Source: Anthoceros angustus (Eukaryota; Plantae; Anthocerotophyta). From it: a DNA stretch of 64,000 nt. The translations under genes were made by a program, and so were the position numbers. Shown here piece by piece: positions 1 to 11,430 of this stretch (its first letter is position 1; every line of letters starts with the position of its first letter). The stretch lies in NCBI GenBank assembly GCA_010909165.1, contig VJWM01000179.1:248001-312000 (forward strand), given 5' to 3'. Under the pieces are notes generated by a model. That model made no database searches, had not been told where the DNA came from, and was given only the letters and a program-made list of their open reading frames with translations.

Positions 1-250
1 GCACACGCAGTGGGAAAGCCCGAGAACATCAACATCAGCCCCGATAGCGAACAAAAAAGCGAGGAGAAGAGGGCTGGCCTGATGGAAGCGAGATCGGTAG
101 AATACCCAAGTCGCTTTAATGGCTCCGGTACTCCTTAGTGTATTCATGGATGCTAGTTCATATGGCTTCTCGCATCAAGAAATCACGTTACGAGTTCTGA
201 TGTCCAATTTTTGGTGGAAGTTGTTTGACTAAATGACACATGAAGAGGAC

Positions 251-322
251 TGCATGTCTCTTGCCTGAAGGTGGTGCATGTCTCTTGCTTGAAGGTGGTG
301 CATCTCTCTTGCCTGAGGGTGT
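251..322. repeat. 3 x 24-bp tandem repeat (tgcatgtctcttgcctgaaggtgg)
   Basis: Near-identical units start at 251, 275 and 299. Confidence 0.9.
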
Positions 323-458
323 TGTGGAGTGCTGGTTGCGGCCAGCTCCGCTTCCTGTGCCGTTTCCTAACTCTTGCTATGATTTATGTGAGAGCCCAAA
401 GCAAGTGGTACAATTGGGGAACCGTGGCTTGTGTCTCTGACGACCGCCACGGGCTCCT

Positions 459-3017
459 GTGAATTTGTCAATGGCACTACGCTTACAATGTGAATTTGTC
501 AATGGCACGAAGCCCGATCGAGGACATAACGTCAAGATCGCTTTGCAATGGACCTTGTATATGAGACTACGTTGTGAATTTGGTGTAAACGCGCAGAGGC
601 TGATCCCGGCCTTGTCATACATTTTACAACACACAAGTGCGCTTTGCAACGAGCTGTGTTGTAAATTAGACTATGTTGTAAAATTCGTGGGAGGCCCATC
701 TTGGCCTCTCTTAAACGTTTTACAATGTACAGGTGCGGTTTGCAATGGATCGTGTTGTAAATTAGATTAGGTTGTACGATGTTGTAAAACATGAGAGAGG
801 CCCGATCCCGCCGCCTCAAACATTTTACAACATGTATAACATTTTATAACGACCGTGTTGTAAAACACGGTCCGCTGCAAAGCCCAATTGAATGCTTTGT
901 CTTGCCGGGAGGAGGTGACCGATCGGAGAGAAGCGGGAGGAGGTGACTGACAGAGGTGTGTTTGGGTATACCTCTTCACTCCCACTTGTTGATCATTTTG
1001 GAAAGTGATGCTCCAACAACCGGATCATCTCCGGTCCTTGTAGGATGGAGTCGGGTGAAAGCTGCAGATGCATTGCTCACCGCCCAGCCCTCGCCGGTAT
1101 ATATTCGAGCGTGCTGAGAAACCAGTCCTCACCAGTGCGTTATATTCCTCTTCTTCATCTTCACGCCTGCAATTGGAGAAGGGGTTGTGGAGCGAATCGT
1201 CGAGATGTCGTCCTCCTCTAAGGATGCGAACCCCGCCACCAAGAAGAGACTCCCTAGGCCGCTGTGCAAGCAAGGCGGCTAGGACAACCGCCTCCTCTGC
1301 TGCCGCAAGGGACCCACGACACTGCGGGAAGCTGAGCCGACTAAGAAACGGAGCGCCCGCACAACGCGGGTGCCGAGGACTAGGCGCGAGGCCATAATCG
1401 CGGAGGACATGGGAGGTCCTCCATTGCGGCGCTTAGCTTCCACAATTTCTCCCACGCTGCCCCTACGCCACCCGCAAAGAGGGAGCCTGTGGCCTCATGC
1501 CTGTGGGCCCGAGGCTATGTCTGACGGAGGAGGTGAGGCCCTCACGGCCTCGAATTTCCCTCGAGGTAACCCCGATAAGGATGTGAAGATTGTGAGCCTA
1601 GGCACCGTGCAATGTACCGCCTCCTATCTCGTATCGATGCAAGCATACCGGTCTCATGAAACGGATCGAAAGGAGTTACACTGCCTCGGTCATGTTGTAA
1701 GTCACATGAAGTGACCGGTTTTGCTTCATCTCTGCTCCTACTCCCACTCGCTCTAAAGCTATCTAATTGCTTTGTGTCTTGACTGCAGGATCTGTCTTGA
1801 GGATTGAGGTATAACATTTTACAACATGTATAACATTTTACAATGTATTTGCAATGAACATGCCACATCAGCAATTTCACTAATATATAGCCTCATAAAT
1901 GACATAAATCAGGAAAAGGTCTCTTCCACATATTTACAACGGCATTTGACAAACATGCCACATCGAATCTTACTAATATATAACCTCATAAATTACATAA
2001 ATAAGGAAAAGGCATGCCACATCGCAATCTTACTAATATATAACCTCATAAATTACATAAATAAGGAAAAGGCATGCCACATCACAAGAATCTTACTAAT
2101 ATATAACCTCATAAATTACATAAATAAGGAAAAGGTCTCTTCCAAAATTTACAACGGCATTTATGCGACAAACATGCCACATCAGCAAATAATATATTTA
2201 TTCATGGATATTGGCTGGCTTGTGCATTTTACAACCATAGTTACGACGCATGTGCCACGTCGATAAATATACAATAAAATGAATAATCCAATAATATAAC
2301 ATAAATTGGAGAAACCATTTTACAATGATATTTGCAATGAGCTTGCCATGTCAGCAAATAATAAATTTATTTATAGATATTTATATAAAATGGTTTTCAT
2401 GCTTTACAACCATAGCTACAATGCATGTGACACGTCAAGAATACAAAAAAAAAAGATAATCCCATAACTAACATAAATCCAGAGAAACATATTTACAACA
2501 TCATTTGCAACGAACTTGCCACATCAGCAAATAATAAATCTATTCATAGATATTCCAATAAATGGTATTATTCCAAAAATCAAGTCTTGCACAATTTACA
2601 ACCACATCTACAACAAACATGGTTTACAACGTCTTTTACAAGTACCGTTTACAACATCCTTTATGCCACGTCATTATAAATTCAACAAAATGTAGTTTTA
2701 TTAACAAATAACCCCCATAGTTTTCTAAATCAAAAGAGTTTATGCACAATTAACAACGTCATGTACAACGAGCAAGCCATGTCAACAAACCCCGTTGTAA
2801 AATTTGTGTCAACATGCCATGTCAACAAATCCCGTTGTAAAATTTGTGTCAACATGCCATGTCAACAAACCCTTGTAAAATCCATGCCACATCATATTAG
2901 TTAGGAACCCTTGTTGTAAATGTTCAAAAACTTACAAGGGCTTTGAGTAGTAAGAGTGTTGTAGTTTCCTCTAACTAAACTTAGACCCATTTGTAAAAGG
3001 TAGCCCTCCTTGTAGTG
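459..3017. mobile_element. CACTA (En/Spm) element A, right-hand part; other end probably outside the window
   Basis: Ends in ...CTCCTTGTAGTG at 3017 (reverse complement CACTACAAGG). Dense direct and inverted subterminal motifs TTTACAAC/GTTGTAAA and TGCCACATC lie across 600-880 and 1810-3000. Confidence 0.7.
1860..2140. repeat. About 60-bp AT-rich tandem repeat (about 4 copies) in the CACTA A subterminal region
   Basis: atcttactaatatataacctcataaattacataaataaggaaaagg recurs near 1967, 2027 and 2090, with a diverged copy near 1875. Confidence 0.85.
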
Positions 3018-3483
3018 TTCGAGGACATGGGATTCTCACATGGGCGGGCAAGTCCGGGTGAGGGGCTGGCCCGCCATGGGAGCAGGGTGACCACATGGGT
3101 GGCCCGACGAGTGATGCAAGACGTTTTGTTTTCTACGCGCCGCAAAGCCGGAGCTATCCATTCAAGAAGGCGTTGAGCGAAATGTAGGGACACTCTATCG
3201 CTTGCCATTTGTCTACAACGACACCGAAAACATGGTTTGTTACTCCGATGTTGCAACGCGAAGCGGCGGCACATGTTACGGAAGCTTGCAACCTCATTGT
3301 CCGTGCATGTCAGCATCGGCAGCGCAAGGGTTGGGCTATTGTTGCGGGAAGGCATACGCCTTCAAGTTCCAGCCTCGTTTGGGCGAGTTGTGCGGTGTTG
3401 TCTACTACCCGTTGGTAGAATTGGACTATGTGCTTGTGATGGATGAATCACATCACGGATCATGGCCTTTGTTTGCTCCTTGA
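3018..3483 (+). pseudogene. Frameshifted copy of an unknown CACTA accessory ORF (homologue of 49348-49810)
   Basis: Read across frames: GPPW...FKKAL...RLPFVYNDTENMVCYS...EACNLIVRAC...AYAFKFQP...PLVELDY. This is collinear with GPPW...MKKAM...RLPFTYNRTEHLVCYS...DACDLIVQTC...AFAFKFAP...PIVDIQY on the minus strand at 49348-49750. Confidence 0.75.
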
Positions 3484-4245
3484 AAGCCGGCCCGATTTTG
3501 ATTAGATTAGACAACTGCTTTTTTAAGGCATGGTGGCGTGGAGGCATTTTGATTAGGTGGTTGTAGCTTGTATGGCATCCGCTAGGCCACATTAAATGTA
3601 GGGATTTCACTCTTAGCCGACAGCGGCAAGTCATATGGTGTGTTTTGTTATCAAACTCTCACGCTCCAAGTTGTGGCCCGATGTCATTGGTGACTCCTCG
3701 ATCTGGGATGTGAGCTGGAAAACTCCAATTTGTAATGAGCAATGAAGAAGCTTGGTCGATGGTTGTCTACGGCATAGGCACCATTCCATCCAATGTTGCA
3801 AGAAGATGGGCGAACCGATGCACACGATTATCCCAAACCATAAGGGGTAGGACCAGCGGGGCTGGAATCGTGGCAACAAAGAGCAATGTCGGTAACTGGG
3901 TTTTGACGGCCCGTGGAGGGCCGGATCCATCGAACTCGCAATAAGATCGGAAGTTGAGCACCAAAGCCGGACCAGCAGCCCAAGAATTTGTTCCCATCCA
4001 CCAAAGAATTAGATTTCGGTGGCCTTTTCGGTGAATAGCGGTGCTGTGAGGGCGATCAACCCGTTCGCAACCTTATCATGGATAACCGGGAAAAATGAGC
4101 AAATCATGCGTCATATTTTGAACCGTTCATTTTGCGTCTTGACCACTGCCACTTTGACAACTCGATGTGGAAACCATGTTTATGAGACGCCAGGAACCCC
4201 CCGTCATTGCACCCTCGTCATAAAGAGTGATGCATTGTAGTAGTG
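3018..4245 (+). mobile_element. CACTA element B, terminal portion (interrupted by element A)
   Basis: Ends in TGCATTGTAGTAGTG at 4245 (reverse complement CACTACTACAATGCATCACTCTTTATGACGAG) with CGTCAT/ATGACG subterminal motifs. The terminus resembles the TIR at 48018 (CACTACTACA...CTTTATGAC.AG). Confidence 0.75.
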
Positions 4246-4594
4246 CAAGCACACTTCATCCCAACCAAGAAGCGAGTGAAAGCTTCCCAAGTTGGTCAGT
4301 TGTGCAAGAAGCATGTGTATGTGTTATATGGACTGCCTATGCAAATTGTGAGTCATAGAGATCTTAGATTCACTGGTTTTAGCAACAGCGTATGAAGAGC
4401 TTAGGAGTGCAATTATATGTAAGCATAGTGTATGTCATGCCATGTGACACTAATCTCTGCAGTTGGTTTTAGTGTTTGATTAACATTAATTAATCTAATT
4501 ACTTATCTTTAAGTAAGTAATTAGTATTAATTAATCTAAAATATTTATGTTAATTAAATACTGATTAGTGTTAATTAAACATTATTAGCAATAG

Positions 4595-4736
4595 CTAAGT
4601 GGATAAGCTCAAGTAATATGCTTTGGCATATTCCTTGCATATTATAGTGTATTCTTAGGATACAATAACTAAGTGGATAAGTTCAAGTAATATGCTTTAG
4701 CATATTCCTGGTATATTATACTGTATTCTTAGGATA
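4595..4736. repeat. 74-bp direct duplication with internal hairpin AATATGC-TTTG-GCATATT
   Basis: ctaagtggataag...ttcttaggata starts at 4595 and 4669. Confidence 0.85.
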
Positions 4737-5040
4737 TTTTCGGCGTATGCTGATACCAATAGGATAACTTAGGAATATGCCGATGGCAAGAGCTAGTATA
4801 TATAGACCCTTTCACATAGGGCAAGCGCAGATCATAGCTTGTCCTCTTGATATGCAATGCAAGGGTGTTGTGAGGAGGCCAAAGCTATGACTCTGAGAGC
4901 GATGTGTGAGGAATTTACGTGTTGTTCTCGTGGGGAGAGTGTGTTTGTGCCACGATGTGCGAGCTACTCCCTCCTATTGTTACAAGCTATGACCTCATGT
5001 GTGTATGCAAGATAGGCGTGCTAGGATTGATAAGCTTGTT

Positions 5041-5220
5041 AGGCTTAGTGTGCTAGGCGATGTTAGGCCGTGCTAGGCTTAGTGTGCTAGGCGATGCTAG
5101 GCTGTGCTAGGCTTAGTGTGCTAGGCGATGCTAGGCCGTGCTAGGCTTAGTGTGCTAGGCGATGCTAGGCCGTGCTAGGCTTAGTGTGCTAGGCGATGCT
5201 AGGCCGTGCTAGGCTTAGTG
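5041..5220. repeat. 34-bp minisatellite (about 5.3 copies) built from GCTAGG sub-units
   Basis: aggcttagtg recurs at 5041, 5075, 5109, 5143, 5177 and 5211. Confidence 0.95.
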
Positions 5221-5271
5221 AATTTTTTGTTCATATCCTTGAAATTGAAGGTGAATTGTGGGTGAAATTGA

Positions 5272-6547
5272 AGAATTTCCTTCTACCACAAGGGTTGACC
5301 TCAAAGTTGAGGCCTAAGTATGGAGGACTTTTTGTAGTTCTGAAGCGCATTGAAAACGTGGCTTACAAACTACAATTACTTGAATGGATCTTCTCCCATG
5401 ATGTGTTTCATGTCTCTTTGCTAAACCATTTGTGATTTCGAAAGAGAATGAGGATATGAACAAGAAAAATTATTTCAATTTGGTTCAAGACAGACCTCAT
5501 GGAGTGCAAGAGATTGTTGAATTTCTAGGAGAGAGAGAAGCGGATGTTGTTCGTGGAGATCTCACGTTACACTAGAGGTCATTGAGGATAATAACATCTT
5601 CCCAGTGGGGGAGAGAAAAACGGTACTGGTGAAATAAGATAGAAATGTGAAAAGTTAAAAGAGGTAAAATACTAATTAGTAACTGTCTAGAAGATGCATG
5701 TGTTGTATGCTTCATGCAATCTTCAATGAGAGAGGAATTGCTGCAGCCACTATTGAAGAGCTGTCTAGAGAGGACTCTTAGTGATCAGTAGTATGAAAGA
5801 ATCCCTTCAGTTAACAGCTGCCTAATTAAGGTGAGCTTGCGGGATATATAAGGGCGAGAGCAAGCCCTTGGAGAGGGAATCATTCTATTTATTGTGCACT
5901 GCAAGCCTTGTGTTGAGAGAACAAGGAATCATTCAGTTTATTGTGCGCTACAAGCCTTGTGTTGAGAGAACAGGGAGTCATTCAGTTTATTATGTGCTGC
6001 ATGCCTTGTGTTGAGAGAACAGGGAATCATATAGTTTATTGTGCGCTGCAAGCCTTGTGTTGAGAGAACCGTGGAGAGCCTAACTACTAATTTTGTTGTT
6101 GAGTCAAGGGTAGTAGCCAGTTAGGCCTAGACTATCAGACTTAAGTATGTATTCTGTGAATAAAGAGGAGCACCTTGAGGAGGGTGGACTGTGAGTCATT
6201 GGACGGCGGGCTACTTAGAGTCTAGTGCTGCATCATGAGATTGAGAGCACCGAGAATTGTGCAAGTCTCTATCAATTGGCAGGGTCTTAGACCGCTTCCT
6301 TACCGGCTGCAGAATAAGGAAGCTTGCCGCTTCCTTACGGGCTGCAAAATAAGGAAGCGGCAAGCTTCCTTACCGGCTGCATAATGAGAGTTCTATCCCA
6401 AGACGCCCCGAAGGACCTACGCTGGCTTCAAGAGCTTCCTTTGTCTTTTACCTCGGGGCGTAACCTACGGTATATGAGGTTCATTTCTAGTTGTCGATAG
6501 AGTGAAGACATTGCTCGTCACCAAGTCACATTGCATGGGATTTGACA
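5272..6547 (+). mobile_element. Ty3/Gypsy remnant: integrase C-terminal (Tf2-like SH3) fragment, PPT and probable 3' LTR
   Basis: KLRPKYGGLFVVLKRIENVAYKLQL...HDVFHVSLL at about 5300-5430 is the typical Gypsy integrase tail. A purine tract AGTGGGGGAGAG lies at about 5604 and a TATA-like TATATAAGG at about 5845. The LTR right boundary is approximate. Confidence 0.7.
5875..6070. repeat. 4 x 49-bp tandem repeat inside the putative LTR
   Basis: gccttgtgttgagagaac at 5905, 5954, 6003 and 6052. Confidence 0.95.
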
Positions 6548-7484
6548 GCAGGTACTACCGTTTGTTGCTGTATGCTTTCACTTTTAACCAAAAATGATGC
6601 CGCTCTTAAAAACTTAGATCAAAAAGGAAAGGTCAATCAGGTTGCGATGTGTAACCGCCTCGATGAAGTGCGTCTCCCTGCTGCCGTGAAATAGAATATG
6701 CCAGACGAATCAAAAGCGCTGTCCTGTTCGATTCTTTGGCACGCTAATCTCGGGCTCCTGCGAGCATACCGGTCTGCAATCTTCAACGTCGATTCCACAG
6801 CTGCCGTACTGATCGTCTCTCCAACTCCGCGCATGGCACCGCAGTGACGGTACTAGGTACGCTCAATAATTCCGCCACACTTCAGCAGACAACAGCCGCG
6901 CAATTTAGAGGAGGTGCAAGCTACAGCAGCTCCAACTTTGCGTCACAATTTGGGCAGACCTTGCGGCCACACTCAAAAAACAACACCGACCGAGAGTTCC
7001 TTGCGGACGGGCATTCAAGGTTTGCCGGTAGCTCACACAACTCGCAATGTGTAAACCGGAATAGGGCAGAAGCTGATGCCTACGGCTGGTCCTATCCTCG
7101 TTTGACAAGTTGCTCGGTGAACAACCATTGCCACAATAAAACGGTCACCCCTACTAGGTCCCGCGATGTAAGGTATACTCCATAGAAGTCGCTCACAGAA
7201 TGTACATACAGGTGTCTCAGCCCTAAAGCCGCAGGATCTCCCCACCGTCGCCGTCCGCTGCAAAATTTCTCCTCCATCGTCCCATTCTCCACAGAATTAA
7301 GAGGTAGATAAGGCCAGTGCTATACACTGGACTACTCCAGCATACGAGACCGACCCCATCCTCCGAAGAAAGGATTTCGGAATAGACCACGGCGTCCCCG
7401 GGCTGCAACAAGAAAAAACTCAACAACACAACATGCTGCTTCATCTTACCTAAGAAGCCCCGTAGCTCCCGCAGCAGAAAGTCC

Positions 7485-7901
7485 TCAGTTGATATCCATA
7501 AAAGTTGAGATAGGGAGCACTCTCTGCCTGAAAGGGGACTCAAAACCGGGTGGGTTCTTCATCATGTCACGGCATCTCTTCATGGGTGACGTCTCACTAT
7601 TCTCTGCGTCCCGCTTCCTTCTCACTCCCCGGATTGCATCCTGCTCGGATATGGTAAGAGGAAACACTCTTCCGCTCACTCGGCACAGCGTGCTGTGATT
7701 GTCATACATAACTCTCTGGTTGCAGTTCTGGTCACACACATGGCTGCTGCCACTCGTGGCACATCGATAGAGATTGGCCCAGACATGCTGCACCTCGCAA
7801 CGGCGGTCACACCGGTGCCCGGCCGCCTCTCCAAAGCCAAGATAGCTGGAAAGGTAGATTGTGTTGATGTCTGAGTTGAAAGACCGGTAATCAACTTCCA
7901 T
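7485..7901 (-). CDS. Small Cys/His-rich putative zinc-binding protein related to the SKIP31 C-terminal / herpesvirus UL92-like module (138 aa, single coding exon)
   Basis: HRCDRRC...LYRCATSGSSHVCDQNCNQRVMYDNHSTLCRVSGRVFPL...RGVRRK. The ATG at 7901 follows a splice acceptor (ttatgcag) at about 7920, and a 5'UTR exon donor (gtaag) lies at about 8425. Confidence 0.75.
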   Translation of the reverse strand: MEVDYRSFNSDINTIYLSSYLGFGEAAGHRCDRRCEVQHVWANLYRCATSGSSHVCDQNCNQRVMYDNHSTLCRVSGRVFPLTISEQDAIRGVRRKRDAENSETSPMKRCRDMMKNPPGFESPFRQRVLPISTFMDIN

Positions 7902-10900
7902 TGCGAAAGTTATGGGAACCTGCATAACCAAGCCAGCCACAGCCTCGTCAGGCTTTGCTTCACCACGCTCCTCACATGCTAGACGCAAAGCTCCATAAAT
8001 AGACGCGGCGGGGGGAAGCAAGCGCAAGCAGTCGTACTGAAATTACCAACACTAGTTTCAAGTGCAAAGAAACGCGGGAATGCTGCCGACAGCAGACTCC
8101 GAAGGCATGCGAGACAAAGCCGCGCCTGCTCTTCAAAACACCAGCGAAGCTCTCCCCCTCAAAAGGAAGCCAGCAACATTTGCCACATGCAAAGCTATGA
8201 AGACAAAGCCTTTCCTTCCCCTCTCAATCTTCCTGCGCCGCGGGCACGCATGCCAGGCATCACCATGAAGCAAAGCCAATTCAGAGCGAGCAAGCGAGCG
8301 CCGTTCACCCCTCTCCCCGCCGCCTTACCCCTGTGGGCTGCCTCGAACCCGCACCGAAACAAGAAAAACGCGCTCTCCTACACTCCTACTGCATCGTCCT
8401 GGCCTAAGCACGCAGAGCTACTTACCGCAGAGACGATGGCCGCAATTGCACAGAGCCCCAGCGCCGCCTCTCCGCTTCCGCTTCCTGTGGAGAGGCCGCC
8501 GCAAGCACTTCGCGCAGAACTTGTGAGGCGCCGCGCGGCGTCTTCTTTCCGCCTTCCGCAGCGCAGGTCTGGGGAGAAGCGGAGAATGTGTCGGCAAGGA
8601 ATGACAGGAGGGTCCTGAACCAGGGGGAGGAAGGTGACGGGCACCGCACATGGAACCACGACCTGAGGCAAGGACCCGCCCCACCTTTTATCGGTTGCGG
8701 TATTTCAGGAAGCGTCTTCATCACATGGGCACCGGGCCACTGGCAGCATACGGTGCCGTCTAGGCTTCCTTTTCCCTCGGGAGGGCCAATGACTGATATG
8801 CCTAAAATACCGCGACTAAAAATCAACTCGCCTGCCTGTAGACTTCCTAGGCGCAAATTCCTCCTCCCCCACAATTTGAATGCCACTCTTCAACATTGCT
8901 TCCGTCTGCGTTTTAGGTTGTCTGGAATTGAATGTCGTTGAGAGTCTGGCGGTGATGTTGTACGCTGGATGAAGCATCTCCTCTCAAATGTGGTTGGTAT
9001 GGAAAAGTGTGTGATGGGCAAAAAGACGGAACTAGATATGTGTGACACGAGGTGGAAGGAGTGGGGCAGACCACGCACGAAGGCACACACGCCTACGCCA
9101 CCGACAGGGTCAGTCGGTGCTGGTTACTAGGTTAGTGCTTTTGGTTGGCGCTGGGGTTTTCAAAAGCGGGCCCTGGAGGGTCTTGGTAGTAGGCACCTCG
9201 TCGAGGAGAAACCTGATGCTATGGATATCCACCTTGCATGCCGATACAGATCCCTGGTGATTCAAATCTGATCTATTTGGGGGGCAGAGGGAGCTCAGCA
9301 GATCAACAAACGGTTGCTTCTTACTGTGGAAGGCCTATCTATCATCTGATATCCATATCATATGCCCAAAATACTGAGCGATTAACATCGCCGTCCTGCT
9401 AGACCATCACCCTACCCTATAGCTATGTACATACATGCGTATAAAGTAGGTACCACAGAAAGACGTTGCAGTGCCTCCTTGGCAGCGCAGAAATGGAGCA
9501 TTGGCGCACAAATATCGAAGACGGAGTGGTTGCCAAGGCAGATGTGGCCAACGTGTGGCGTGCCGCATTTATTGTTTTAGGGCTGCGTGGGAGGGATGGA
9601 TTGCAGTACTGTACTGGTCACTGCCGATTGCCATGATAATTTAGCCTGTCTTTCGTGTCTGGAGAACGCCATGTTCTTCTACCACGACAGGCTTCGTTCG
9701 AGGACCGGGGTATCCGCCGCAGGATTGGCTCCTCCCCAGAATGGAATAGGATAAGGTTAACAATCTTACAATATTCCCAGTGGCCTTCGGTTTTGTCCCG
9801 GTGCGTGCATAGACTGCTGAATCTCTAACTCGACGGCTTGTGAGTGTGTGTCAGTGTTTTTTCGTTGTCCGTGCTCTGCTTACCAGATGCCGCTTCTCAC
9901 TGGGATGAAAAGTGCACTGATGCTGTTGACTTCGAGGTGGTGTAGGGCAGTGTAGGCTCTGGTAGGGCCTGCTCCAAGCTCCATAACTCGCCAATCCTTA
10001 CCCGCTTCATGGGTACCCAGAACAAACCTCCGTTCCAACTGTAGGGAGCGGCAAGCATATGGATATCCACATCCTATGCATCTATGCATCGAGGCCAGGA
10101 GGCGGCATATATATCCTCATCTCTGGAGGCAGGACAAGTTCATGAAGGGGTTACGCATCTTGGAATGTCCAAGGGGAATGTGGACAGCTTGCTCACCTCT
10201 TGGAGATGGAGACATCTTTTCCCGTTCTACATATGATACTTTATCATCTCCCCTCCCGTCGTGATCGCATGAGGTGGGAGCTCCGATGACCAGGAGACAC
10301 GAACCATCTTGGGCGGCGCAGTCCCCTCACCACACGCAGGTGATGACACTCTCCACGGGTTCATGCACATAGACGGTACCTACATCCGGCATGTACATAC
10401 CTCACCGCATGCTGTTATCTCTTGCCGTATTGCAGGAGGAGAGTTCTGGAGTGTTGCGTCAACCTTTTTCAAGTTCAGAGCCTGCGAGGACAGCATTGGT
10501 GGGACCAGATTGCGCCACATTCTCTGGCACCATCTTCGGCGGCACGGACAGGAATCCAAATGCCCAGTTCTCATTGGCCGACATTCCTTTTGGACGGAAG
10601 CCACAGCTTTGCTTGCAGGGGCAGGGTTGAACTGCCCCCTAAGTCTGCTACGAATCCCAAGCCATGTCACAGGCTGCCGCCACCAATGCCAGCTCGCCTC
10701 TGCCCTTTGCCCTGGTGCCCTGGTGCGGGCCCTGATTCCAAGGGCGAGCCGATCGGCCGTTCTGCCACTCTGATCGCGCTAATGGCTCATCCAGACATAA
10801 CAATATTTAATGTTTGTCAGTAATGGAGTGGGTGAAATAAAAATAAAATTGCTCAAGCTCTGCAAATGAAAACTTGCCGAATTTGTTCCTGACTTGCCAA

Positions 10901-11430
10901 GTGGCTGCTCCCCTGATCATGCCGCCCTGTAGCATAGGAAGGAGCTGAGTTGCTCGAGCCAATGAGACATGGAATGCGGGAGCTCTGCTGCTGTGCCGTG
11001 TGCTTCCTTATCCGCAAACTGGTGCTCACATTGTATGCAACGCCATTAGTGTTATGTATGGGTGAATTCTATTGTGCAATGCCGTCGGTCTCATAACCCA
11101 CTTTGGTGTGCAACAGCGGGGTCGTCCAGAGCAAGTGAGTTTGCAAGGCGTGGGGGTGCTGCCCCCCCTTTCTCTAGCAAGCGGGTGAACGCTTTGGAGA
11201 ATCGGCAGGGGCACATACAGCCCAAGAGCCAGAAGGAAACTCGTGTCGACCGAAAACGTGGTAGCAGGTTCCAATTGGGATGGCTCATCAGAACCCTCGC
11301 AGTTCTCACTCTTCACAATCATAGGGATTTTTGTGCATTCGGTCAGCATCTGCATGACGGAGTGGTGGATCAATCTTTGCGCTGCTTTTCCACGAATTAC
11401 CGAGGTGGTGGGGACTTGAGCTCCTCCAAA

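Noticed and set aside
475-480. CACTAC as the left TIR of element A
   Set aside because: It matches the 3017 terminus for only 6 bp, and the flanks (TGG vs TTC) give no 3-bp TSD.
5041-6070. CRISPR-like arrays (34-bp and 49-bp repeats; also the 105-bp repeat)
   Set aside because: Head-to-tail repeats without unique spacers, no cas genes, and a eukaryotic context.
9494-9940. Possible upstream exons of the SLT gene (including HWDEKCTDAVDFE, echoing YWDEK)
   Set aside because: I could not build a phase-consistent splice chain to the region near 11115; transcript data are needed.
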